Part shown: positions 35,424 to 44,196 of the stretch, piece after piece
Layout of the letters: each line of letters begins with the position of its first letter
How positions within the stretch are numbered: the first letter of the stretch is position 1
Program-made: the position numbers and the translations under genes
Notes under the pieces: model-generated
Databases searched by the model: none
Told to the model about the DNA's origin: nothing
What the model saw: the letters and a program-made list of their open reading frames with translations, nothing else
From: an uncultured bacterium
GTDB lineage: Bacteria > Zhuqueibacterota > QNDG01 > DSAB01
Length of the DNA: 49,117 bases
Reading direction: 5' to 3'
Assembly (NCBI GenBank): GCA_964614115.1
Contig: CAZTKR010000002.1
Location: 1 to 49,117 of the forward strand

Positions 35424-36592
35424 AGGATGCCGATTGGAGAGTATCCGGCCGAGTAGGGCGGTTGAAGAAGTCAGCTATCCATGAGATGACGCGTCTTTCG
35501 AAACAGATCGAGGACGTGGCCTTTCTGTCCTGGGCAAAACCCACATCCGGCACACCGGAGCATATCAAGGAAGCGGCCGTAAAAGCGATTCGGGACGGGT
35601 TGGTCGGCGGGTATTCCGAGACGTCGGGTCTCCCGGCCCTCAGGGAAGCCATCGCCAAGAAACTGATTCGCGATAATCGTATTCAGGCCAGCGCCTCGGA
35701 GATTCTGGTTACCGTCGGAGCCATCGAAGGGCTTTCGGCTGCCATCATGGCGGTTATCGATCCCGGTGATGAAGTCATACTCCCTACGCCCACGTACTCG
35801 ACGCATATCAGGCAGGTCGTCATGGCCTCGGGTCGTCCGATCCTTATCCCCACGGTCGAGGACGACGGCTTCACCTGGGATCTGGATGCCGTCAAGAAGG
35901 CCATTACATCCAGGACACGGGCGATCCTGTACTGTTCGCCCAGCAATCCCACGGGCACGGTCTTTTCCGAACCCCACCTCAAAGCGCTTGCCGAGATCGC
36001 CCTGGAGCATAACCTGGTCATCATCACCGACGAAGCCTACGAATACTTCGTGTTCGACGGTCATCGGCATTTTAGCATCGGGTCTATCCCGGACGTGAGG
36101 ACACAGGTCATCAGCTGCTTCACGTTTACCAAGACGTATGCCATGACGGGCTGGCGCATCGGTTATATACACGCCGATGAGACGATGATTCCGCAGATCG
36201 CCAAGGCGCACATTCCGTTTGCCATCTGTGCGCCCGTGGTCTCGCAGTACGCTGCCCTGGCCGCTCTGGAGGGTTCTCAGGATTGCGTGGATGAATTCCA
36301 TGCGCACTACTTGAAAACCCGCAACCTGATGTGCCAACGCCTCGATGCGCTGTCCTCGGTATTCGATTATCACAAGCCCGAAGGATCGTACCTGATGTTC
36401 CCGAGGATCAAGCTTAAGGAAGGTCAAGATTCCGTGTCCTTCTGCAAAAAGCTGCTCCAGGAGGCCAAGGTTTCCACGACACCGGGTTCGGCTTTCGGGC
36501 CCACGGGAGAGAGCCACCTGCGCCTCTCTTTTTGCGTTCCAGAGGCGATGATCGATAAGGCTTTCGACCGGATGGAAGCATACTTTTCATAG
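35420..36592 (+). CDS. class I/II pyridoxal-phosphate-dependent aminotransferase (aspartate aminotransferase-like)
   Basis: GYSETSGLPALREAIA, NPTGTVF, ITDEAYEYF and PLP-lysine context FTFTKTYAMTGWRIGY. TTG start at 35420 overlaps the CGGC gene stop. Confidence 0.88.
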   Translation: MKDADWRVSGRVGRLKKSAIHEMTRLSKQIEDVAFLSWAKPTSGTPEHIKEAAVKAIRDGLVGGYSETSGLPALREAIAKKLIRDNRIQASASEILVTVGAIEGLSAAIMAVIDPGDEVILPTPTYSTHIRQVVMASGRPILIPTVEDDGFTWDLDAVKKAITSRTRAILYCSPSNPTGTVFSEPHLKALAEIALEHNLVIITDEAYEYFVFDGHRHFSIGSIPDVRTQVISCFTFTKTYAMTGWRIGYIHADETMIPQIAKAHIPFAICAPVVSQYAALAALEGSQDCVDEFHAHYLKTRNLMCQRLDALSSVFDYHKPEGSYLMFPRIKLKEGQDSVSFCKKLLQEAKVSTTPGSAFGPTGESHLRLSFCVPEAMIDKAFDRMEAYFS

Positions 36593-36649
36593 TCGCCTAT
36601 TGATTTGGCCAGAAAATACTCAGGATCACGAATGTATCTCAATTCAAGG

Positions 36650-36688
36650 GCCTGAACCATGGGATGTGCGGATGGTTCAGGCTTTTTT
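36650..36688 (+). terminator. strong rho-independent terminator closing the island
   Basis: GCCTGAACCAT (36650-36660) / 11-nt loop / ATGGTTCAGGC (36672-36682) + TTTTTT (36683-36688). Confidence 0.85.
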
Positions 36689-37003
36689 GTAGCTATACGG
36701 TCTCATAGAAGGCCATCGATACGAATACATTGTGAATGATGGGTTGTCCTAATAAGCAATGAGGTTCGATGCTCCTGTGTAGAATTTTACATCACTTTTT
36801 TTTATATTCCGTGGGACGATTTGTGTGTCGCTTCTTCAAGAGGTTGGATCGTGAAGACAGGAAATCTCCTCCTGAAATCCATCCTCATGCACACTGACTT
36901 TCTCGTAGAAGGTGTATTTTGTGATAGATCGTCGGGCTTGAGACAGAGGCTCATGGACAACATCCAACGACAGTCCGGCGAATTGAAATGAATCCACTCG
37001 ACA

Positions 37004-37651
37004 ATGAAACCATGTGACGCCATTCTTTTGATCGGCCCCACGGGCAGTGGCAAGACACCGCTGGGAGCGTGTCTGGAAAGCCGGGGGCTCTGGGGGAAAC
37101 GGTGCGTTCATTTCGATTTCGGAGCCCAGTTGCGCCGGATTGGTCGTGAGTCGGATGCATTCCCCGGTATCACAACGAGCGAGATCGATGTCATCCGACA
37201 CTCCCTGAAAACCGGCGCACTGCTGGAAGACGAACACTTTCCCATCGCAGCCAAGATTCTCCGGCGATTCATCGAAACGGAATCCCTTCGGACCGGTGAT
37301 TTCGTGATTCTCAACGGCCTGCCCAGGCATACCGGCCAGGCCAGAGACATGGGCCGCATCGTCCGGATTAAGATGGTGATTTATCTGGACTGTGCACCCA
37401 CTGTCGTGATGGAGCGCATCGGGAGGAACACGGGAGGCGACCGATCGGGACGGAAGGACGACTCTCTCCCGGCCATCGAGAATAAACTGCGCATCTTCCA
37501 TCAGCGGATTCTGCCGCTTTTAGATTATTATCGGTCACAAAATGTCCGTATCGAAAGGATCGATATGGGTGTCGAAACAACGCCTCAGGATGTATTACAG
37601 CAGTTAGAGCACACAGGTCTATCGTACGCCTCAACAGGGGAGGGGCAATGA
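37004..37651 (+). CDS. adenylate kinase family-like P-loop nucleotide kinase
   Basis: P-loop LLIGPTGSGKTP. LNGLPRHTGQA resembles the Adk GFPRT..QA motif. RKDDSLPAIENKLRIFHQRILPLLDYY resembles the Adk C-terminal segment. Confidence 0.7.
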   Translation: MKPCDAILLIGPTGSGKTPLGACLESRGLWGKRCVHFDFGAQLRRIGRESDAFPGITTSEIDVIRHSLKTGALLEDEHFPIAAKILRRFIETESLRTGDFVILNGLPRHTGQARDMGRIVRIKMVIYLDCAPTVVMERIGRNTGGDRSGRKDDSLPAIENKLRIFHQRILPLLDYYRSQNVRIERIDMGVETTPQDVLQQLEHTGLSYASTGEGQ

Positions 37652-38547
37652 TGTCCCGAAGCGTTTTATACCCGTTGGCCACCGGTCTGCTCTTTAGCGG
37701 AAGTTACATTGCAGCCCAATACACCACCAGCGACCTAGGGCCCCTGACGACATCCCTGCTCAGGTATCTGACCGCCCTGATTTTTTTAACGTTTTTCCTC
37801 ATCTGGCAGAAGACCGGCTCGTTACGCGTTGCCAGGAGCGATCTTTTTCGACTCGCACTCCTGGGCCTGTCGGGCATCGTGGGCTATCATTATTTCTTTC
37901 TTCTGGCCTTGCGGTATACGGCCGTTGCCAACACGGCCATCATCAATGCCACGAGTCCCATCCTGACGGGTATTCTGGCGGCTGCGTTCGTCCACGAGCG
38001 GTTACGAGTCAGGCATTATACGGGTGTGGGAATCGCGTTCCTGGGTGTGATCGTCTTACTGGCGCAGGGAAATGTTCAGAATATCCTGGGGATGAACATC
38101 AACGCCGGCGACGCCATCATGCTTCTGGCTACGCTGAGCTGGGTGGTGTACGCCTTGATCGTCAAGACGTTGATTCCACGGTATTCGGGCTTCACCATCA
38201 CGTTTTATGCGTCACTCTTCGGAGTCCTGTTCCTCTTTGTCCTGGCACTCAGCGAAGACATCCTCGGTCAACTCCGAGCCGTATCCATGTCGTCCATGGT
38301 CGCCGTGCTCTACATGGGTGTTTTCGCTTCCGGCCTGGGGTATCTTTTCTACAATCTCAGCATTCGGGAAATCGGCCCGACGCGCACTTCCAGCTTTGTT
38401 TACAGTGTGGTTCCCATCCTGGTTGCCGTACAGGCGTTCCTTTTTTTCCGGCAGCCGATTACGCCTGTGATGATAGGCAGCATGGTTCTCATCGTTTTTG
38501 GGTTGAATTTCATGCTGAGGGGAGATCGGGGAGGACGCACGAACTAA
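37648..38547 (+). CDS. DMT superfamily (EamA-like) transporter
   Basis: Ten hydrophobic segments in two EamA-like repeats (ALRYTAVANTAIINATSPILTGILAA; NLSIREIGPTRTSSFVYSVVPILVAV). ATGA overlap with the upstream gene. Confidence 0.85.
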   Translation: MMSRSVLYPLATGLLFSGSYIAAQYTTSDLGPLTTSLLRYLTALIFLTFFLIWQKTGSLRVARSDLFRLALLGLSGIVGYHYFFLLALRYTAVANTAIINATSPILTGILAAAFVHERLRVRHYTGVGIAFLGVIVLLAQGNVQNILGMNINAGDAIMLLATLSWVVYALIVKTLIPRYSGFTITFYASLFGVLFLFVLALSEDILGQLRAVSMSSMVAVLYMGVFASGLGYLFYNLSIREIGPTRTSSFVYSVVPILVAVQAFLFFRQPITPVMIGSMVLIVFGLNFMLRGDRGGRTN

Positions 38548-38982
38548 TACATCACACCAGCCGTCCTACTTTAAGGCTGATGTAACCTTATCCATCCATC
38601 AGATGCGGAGAATCGGATACACGTCCACAGCTTCGACTTCGATAGTATCGATATATTAGCTCCGAACAAGATCAAAGAATTCCATTAGTGTGTGCATGCT
38701 TTCAGAGTGGGGGGCGTTCTTGTGTATCCATGGTATCACGGCCGTCTCTTCAAGTAGAAGGGCCGCGTAATGACGGTTGCAGGTTATCCTGTCCTGTTTT
38801 TCGGACAGGTATGGTAAACGGTCAAAGACCCCATTCTGCTCATGAAAATCCCTCCACATGCCGTGTTTGGGTAAAAAATTTCTCGCCTTTCGACGGAGAT
38901 TTTGTTATATTCTTTGTGATTACATGGTATTTGTGCGGTTTTCAAGACGATCGTCGTCACCTTAAGGCGTTGGAGGTGTCTC

Positions 38983-41148
38983 ATGCAAAATAGAACGGCA
39001 GTCTGGATTGTTATGATGCTTTGCTTCCCCTGCGTCCTGTGCTTCGGACAAAAAAAGCTCACCGTGGAGGAGATTTATGGAACATCCACGTTCTCTTCAA
39101 GAACCCTCGACCAAGTCCGGTGGACGCCCGACGGGAAGGCATTCACGTACTACGAGACGGAGGACGAGACGGGCCGACGCATCATCAAACGGCACGACCT
39201 GAAATCCGGTCGGGTGGAGATTCTCATCGATTCGGAGAGCGCGGACGTACTGGAAGACCCGGGCAGGGAGAAACGGTTTACCATACCCAACTACCACTGG
39301 TCGCCCACGGGGGAAAACATACTCCTGCCCTCCGGGGATGATCTTTTTCTTTTTGATGTGAAAACCGAGTCTGTGAGACGGTTGACCGAGGACGATGCCG
39401 AAGAGCGGGACCCGACGTTTTCGCCCGACGGTCAGAAGATTGCCTACCTGAAGTACTATAATCTATTCGTCCTGGACGTCGATACGGGTGAGGAAATACA
39501 GCTCACGGAACAAGGCTGGAAGGACCTGCTCATCGGCCGGTTTGACTGGGTGTACGAAGAAGAGTTCGGCATTCGCACCGGTTTTTTCTGGTCGCCGGAT
39601 TCCAAGTATCTGGCCTATTTTGTGTTAGATCAATCCGCTGAAAACGAGTTCCCCATCGTGGATTTTATCCCCATCCATAATACCTGTGACTGGATGCGTT
39701 ATCCCAAGGCCGGCGATGCCAATGCCGTCGTACAGATCGGCATCGTTCCTGCAAGCGGGGGTGAAACCGTCTGGATGGATATCGGTGAGGAAGACGACAT
39801 CTATATCCCGAGAATCCAATGGCTCCCGGATAGCCGGCGGTTGGCCATGCAGCGGCTCAACCGGGACCAGAACCGGCTGGAGCTCCTGATTGCCGATGCA
39901 GCCACCGGGGCTTCTCACGTGGTTCTCACAGAGGAAGATCCCGACGGCTGGGTCGATCACAACGACGACCTCCTGTTTCTGCAGGATGGAAAACGCTTCC
40001 TCTGGATGTCGGAGCGATCCAATTGGGTGCATCTCTACCTCTACGACGTGGACGGGAAACTCGTCCAACAACTTACTCAGGGACCCTGGGATGTGACGGA
40101 AATCGTGGACATCGACGAGAGTAAAAAGACCGTCTATTTTATGAGTACGGAGAAGAGCGCCATCGAGAGGCATTTTTACAAAGTGGGACTGAACGGAAAA
40201 GGATTTCGCAGGCTGACAAAGGAGGATGGGACGCATTCCGTGCAAATGTCGCCTAGGGGCAACTATTATCTGGACGTATTTTCCAGCGTCACCACGCCTC
40301 CCAAGACGACGCTGTACAACAACAAGGGAAAGGAAATCCGGGTGATGGAATCGGGGGAGATCGAGGCGTTAAAAGATATCCGAATGGCCGTACCGGAGTT
40401 CTTCACGCTGACCACCGATGACGGTTTCGAACTCAACGCCTCTATCATGAAGCCATCGGACTTCGATGCATCGAAAACATATCCCGTGTTGATCTACACG
40501 TACGGTGGGCCCAGCTCTCAGATCGTGCGGAACGGTTGGGGAGGAAGCCGTGGGCTCTGGCATCAAATGATGGTGGACAAGGGGTACCTGGTCTTCAGCG
40601 TGGATAACCGGGGCACGGGATACAAGGGAAATGACTTTATGAACATCGTGTATCGAAACATGGGTCTGGGTGTCCTCGATCAGATCAACGGGGCCAAGTA
40701 TCTGAGGAGCCTGCCCTACGTGGACGGCGACCGGATCGGTATCTGGGGATGGAGCGGCGGTGGGTGGATGACCAGCATGGCCATGACCAAGGGGGCCGAT
40801 TACTTTCGTGCAGGCGTGTCTGTGGCACCGGTCACCGACTTTCGGAATTACGATACCATCTGGACAGAGCGCTACATGGATCAGCCCCAGGATAATCCCG
40901 ACGGCTACGACGCCAGCAATCCCATGAGTTATATCGACAACTACAAAGGCGGGCTCTTTCTGATTCACGGCGACGCCGACGATAACGTGCACCTGTCCAA
41001 CACCATACAGATGGCCTATGCCCTCCAGAACGCCCGGAAGCCCTTCGATATAATGGTGTATCCCAGAAAGCTCCACGGAATCCGGGGAGAGGATACGCAG
41101 GTGCATCTGTTCAACAAGATCACGGCATTCTTTTTAGAGAACCTGTGA
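38983..41148 (+). CDS. S9B family dipeptidyl-peptidase IV (DPP-IV)
   Basis: N-terminal DPP-IV beta-propeller region (WSPDSKYLAY, FDWVYEEEF). Catalytic serine IGIWGWSGGGWMT, plus HGDADDNVH. Signal peptide. GGAGG SD. Confidence 0.9.
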   Translation: MQNRTAVWIVMMLCFPCVLCFGQKKLTVEEIYGTSTFSSRTLDQVRWTPDGKAFTYYETEDETGRRIIKRHDLKSGRVEILIDSESADVLEDPGREKRFTIPNYHWSPTGENILLPSGDDLFLFDVKTESVRRLTEDDAEERDPTFSPDGQKIAYLKYYNLFVLDVDTGEEIQLTEQGWKDLLIGRFDWVYEEEFGIRTGFFWSPDSKYLAYFVLDQSAENEFPIVDFIPIHNTCDWMRYPKAGDANAVVQIGIVPASGGETVWMDIGEEDDIYIPRIQWLPDSRRLAMQRLNRDQNRLELLIADAATGASHVVLTEEDPDGWVDHNDDLLFLQDGKRFLWMSERSNWVHLYLYDVDGKLVQQLTQGPWDVTEIVDIDESKKTVYFMSTEKSAIERHFYKVGLNGKGFRRLTKEDGTHSVQMSPRGNYYLDVFSSVTTPPKTTLYNNKGKEIRVMESGEIEALKDIRMAVPEFFTLTTDDGFELNASIMKPSDFDASKTYPVLIYTYGGPSSQIVRNGWGGSRGLWHQMMVDKGYLVFSVDNRGTGYKGNDFMNIVYRNMGLGVLDQINGAKYLRSLPYVDGDRIGIWGWSGGGWMTSMAMTKGADYFRAGVSVAPVTDFRNYDTIWTERYMDQPQDNPDGYDASNPMSYIDNYKGGLFLIHGDADDNVHLSNTIQMAYALQNARKPFDIMVYPRKLHGIRGEDTQVHLFNKITAFFLENL

Positions 41149-41245
41149 CCGGGAGCGCGTGGTTGTCCCACTCGTTATCGGGACAGGTTGTTACGCTGTT
41201 TTGTCGTGTCCTATGAAGTATGAATGATAAAACGTGGGGGTTGCC

Positions 41246-42937
41246 ATGAAACGGCTGATCACCATCTTTTCGTTACTCTGCATCGTGGTTTCATCACGGG
41301 GAGAGAATTATCTGATCAACGGCGGGCAGGATTCCCGAATTCTCTACGCCCTTACCCAGCGGATCGAGCCTGCGGGCAAGACCAAGTACCTCAGACTGAG
41401 TTTTGTCGTGCCCGTGTCTTTCCAGTCACCGACGTATAACCAGCGGATCGAGGAGTTCGACCTCACGTTCTCCATCCCGCCCTCAGAACGGAAGGACGAA
41501 CAGGACAAGCGGGGAAATCAGATCATCCGTGTTTCCTGGAACGATCCTACCCGCAATGTGGATGTGGCGATGCGGTTCACGGCCATCAACCGGACTGTTC
41601 TGAAGACCATTGAATCGCAGGCTGCCTTCCCGTTATCCGACCTTCCCAAAAGCATGAAGGATTACCTAAAAGCCACGGATCAAGTTCAATCCGACGATGC
41701 GCGTATTCAGAGCAAAGCGAAAGAACTGGTGAGCGGTGTGAAGACGGAATTCGACGCGGTTCAGCGGATTTTAACCTGGGTGGTCGACCACATGCGGTAC
41801 GTCACACCGCCCCAACAGTTTGACGCCCTGTATTCGTTCAACAACGGCAAGGGGAACTGTCAGAATTACTCCCACCTGACGGCGGCGTTGATGCGAGCCG
41901 TGGGTATCCCGGTACGCATCGTCAACGGCGTGACGCTGAAGCAGCCCTACACCGTGAAAACACCCGACGGCGATTTTACGTTCAAGATGGGCCAGGGTCG
42001 CCATTCCTGGATCGAGGTTTATTATCCCGACCTTGATTGGGTGCCTTTTGATCCCCAGCAGAGCGAACTATTCGTGTCCAACAGATTCGTCCGTATCGAA
42101 GTGGGCACGGACAATGAAGAGACGATTAACGACGGCATGGTCCGGTGGCGACAGGCCAAGGGAGTGAAGGGTCGGCCGAAGTTCCGGGAAGTCATCGAGG
42201 CCGAGTTCGCATCGGATCAAGTCCAGCTGGCCATCGAGAAACAGAATTACGGGCCAAAAAACATGCTCCTCTGCCCTGACGTGCGGGCATCTTTCCAGCC
42301 AGTGGTCGTCCCACCGCCGCCTCCTCCTGTGGAGGTTCCTGAAGATGAGCTGAAACAGATGAGGTACGACAAGCGGTTTCTGTTCGGCAACCTCGATTTT
42401 CCCCGGAACGTGGATTTCATATTCACCCGGGGACCGGCTCAGGAGGGTGCTGAAGATGAGTACGAGATGAGGAAGAATTTTCTCGTGGAAACCGCCGAGT
42501 ACGTGACCACCAAATTGACTCAGTACGCCCAGATCATTGTTTTGGAAAAACCCGTTAAATTGAACACCGTGAGTCTTGCCCTCCATAAGTTTGGTGGGAG
42601 CGGTCAACTTTGGATAGACCTGATGGAGGATTCCGGTGGCCGGCCGGGTCGTGTGTTGGCAACCAGCGATTTCATTCCCCTGTCTCAACTCCCGACAAAG
42701 CCGGGCTATGACTGGGTGGATTTTGATTTTTCCAGGGAGCAGCCCGTTCTCTCGCCGGGAAAATACTGGGTCGGCTTGGGATTCACCGGAAGCCCCATCG
42801 TCAACTGGTTCTACACCTACGGAAAGCCTGTGGGGCCCGTGGATGGCACGCGATACAAGGGCGTGTACGATGAGCAATGGAGCGGCGCCCTGGCGTATGA
42901 GTTCAATTTTCGTGTGGAAGGATGGACGTCAAGATAG
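41246..42937 (+). CDS. secreted transglutaminase-like cysteine protease-fold protein with an unknown C-terminal domain
   Basis: Signal MKRLITIFSLLCIVVSS. Cys-His-Asp core GKGNCQNYSHLTAALMRAVGIPVRIVNG, GRHSWIEVYY and WVPFDPQ. Confidence 0.82.
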   Translation: MKRLITIFSLLCIVVSSRGENYLINGGQDSRILYALTQRIEPAGKTKYLRLSFVVPVSFQSPTYNQRIEEFDLTFSIPPSERKDEQDKRGNQIIRVSWNDPTRNVDVAMRFTAINRTVLKTIESQAAFPLSDLPKSMKDYLKATDQVQSDDARIQSKAKELVSGVKTEFDAVQRILTWVVDHMRYVTPPQQFDALYSFNNGKGNCQNYSHLTAALMRAVGIPVRIVNGVTLKQPYTVKTPDGDFTFKMGQGRHSWIEVYYPDLDWVPFDPQQSELFVSNRFVRIEVGTDNEETINDGMVRWRQAKGVKGRPKFREVIEAEFASDQVQLAIEKQNYGPKNMLLCPDVRASFQPVVVPPPPPPVEVPEDELKQMRYDKRFLFGNLDFPRNVDFIFTRGPAQEGAEDEYEMRKNFLVETAEYVTTKLTQYAQIIVLEKPVKLNTVSLALHKFGGSGQLWIDLMEDSGGRPGRVLATSDFIPLSQLPTKPGYDWVDFDFSREQPVLSPGKYWVGLGFTGSPIVNWFYTYGKPVGPVDGTRYKGVYDEQWSGALAYEFNFRVEGWTSR

Positions 42938-42995
42938 ATCGGTCGTTCATGAATCGAAAAAACAGTCGAGTTCACATACAGAAGCAGGCCACCCG

Positions 42996-43721
42996 ATGGT
43001 GATAAGAGTCGTTGGGAGGTTAAAAATTCATATCCCGCTGAGGCGCGTTTGGATAACATGTGGATGGGTGCCATTCCTGTTCACACCCATTCATGCCCAG
43101 CAGATCGAGTATCTGACCTCCAGGTTGATCGACCTGGGTCGCGTGCAGGAGCCCCAGGTCATCGAAGAAACGATACGTTTCGTGAATGTGGGAAATAAGC
43201 CCATTACGATCGATCAGGTGCGGACAACATGTGCATGCACGGCGGTTCAAATCGTCGAGAAGGTAGTCTCGTCCGGCGATACGGCCTTTATCGGCTTCAC
43301 GTTCAATCCCAGGGGCTATCACGGCGTGGTACGTAAGGTGATCACGGTAATGTATGAAGACAGGGATATTCCCGAGGGTAAGTTTGTCGTTCAGGCCGAT
43401 GTGTTCAGCGACCTGGATGTCGAACCGCGATTCATCAATTTTGGAGCCGTAAAAAAGAACGCCGATAGTGTCCTATCAGAATATATTACTCTGGAGAACA
43501 ATTCCAAGGAGCCCATCCATTGCCACAAGGTCTACACGAGTGATGAACGGCTTCACGTCTCCGCCGCATCGATGGTCATCCAGCCCAGCAAGAAATACGT
43601 GATGAACATCACGCTCAAGCCGGAAGACCCTGGTCGTCATACGTTCTATGTACATATCCAGACGAACAATAAAATGAAACCCCGAATCAATGTCCCCATT
43701 TTTGTTGCTGTTCAAGAATAG
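42996..43721 (+). CDS. DUF1573 domain (tandem Ig-like) secreted protein
   Basis: IDLGRVQEPQVIEETIRFVNVGNKPITIDQVRTTCACT is the DUF1573 signature. A second repeat follows (INFGAVKKNADSVLSEYITLENNSKEPIHCHKV). Start ATG 42996; the longer track ORF overlaps the upstream gene. Confidence 0.75.
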   Translation: MVIRVVGRLKIHIPLRRVWITCGWVPFLFTPIHAQQIEYLTSRLIDLGRVQEPQVIEETIRFVNVGNKPITIDQVRTTCACTAVQIVEKVVSSGDTAFIGFTFNPRGYHGVVRKVITVMYEDRDIPEGKFVVQADVFSDLDVEPRFINFGAVKKNADSVLSEYITLENNSKEPIHCHKVYTSDERLHVSAASMVIQPSKKYVMNITLKPEDPGRHTFYVHIQTNNKMKPRINVPIFVAVQE

Positions 43722-44196
43722 GGCAAGGCGGACGCTTCTTCGAATCATCGCCATTGCCCTGGGTGCTCTGATCGTCGGAATCCTGGTCAATCAGTTTCAC
43801 AACCAGGGGATCCGGTGGAACATCCTTCTCCTCTCTCTGCCGGAGTTCTCCGGTACGTCGGAATGGACGGCCGTATCGACGGATTCCGCGTTCTTTCTTT
43901 TTCTCCAGCAGGAGGCGTGTTTTATCGATATTCGCCGACAGGACGAGTTTGAGATCGACCGTATTCCGGGCTCGATATCGCTCCCGTTTTTTGACTACTT
44001 TGAGAACACAGACCTGATGAACGGGCGAGATAGAGAATCTGCTTATATCTTGTATGATTTCAAAAGGCACTCGAAATCGGTTCGTCTGGTGGCCAAACGG
44101 CTGGTCAAGGAGGGATTCCGACACATCTACGTCATGCAAGGCGGTTATATCGAATGGCTGGACAGGAAGTATCCGGTGGAGGGGGGAGACACATGA
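43690..44196 (+). CDS. membrane-anchored rhodanese-like domain protein lacking the catalytic Cys
   Basis: N-terminal TM LLRIIAIALGALIVGILV. Rhodanese fold CFIDIRRQDEFEIDRIPGSISLP...YILYDFKRHSKSVRLVAKRL...GGYIEWL. The active-site loop position reads DFKRHS, with no Cys. Confidence 0.75.
   Translation: MSPFLLLFKNRARRTLLRIIAIALGALIVGILVNQFHNQGIRWNILLLSLPEFSGTSEWTAVSTDSAFFLFLQQEACFIDIRRQDEFEIDRIPGSISLPFFDYFENTDLMNGRDRESAYILYDFKRHSKSVRLVAKRLVKEGFRHIYVMQGGYIEWLDRKYPVEGGDT

Noticed and set aside
34980-36592. Whether a gene next to the EncFtn-like ferritin could be an encapsulin shell.
   Set aside because: The downstream proteins are a 147-aa CGGC protein and an aminotransferase with a clear PLP-lysine motif. 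The upstream one is a membrane protein. None has the size or character of an HK97-fold shell protein (~260+ aa).
38590-38601. Shared 12-mer TTATCCATCCAT in two intergenic gaps (38590-38601 and 44768-44779) as a possible repeat element.
   Set aside because: A single identical 12-mer pair is expected by chance many times over in a 49-kb window. No extended similarity is visible around either copy.
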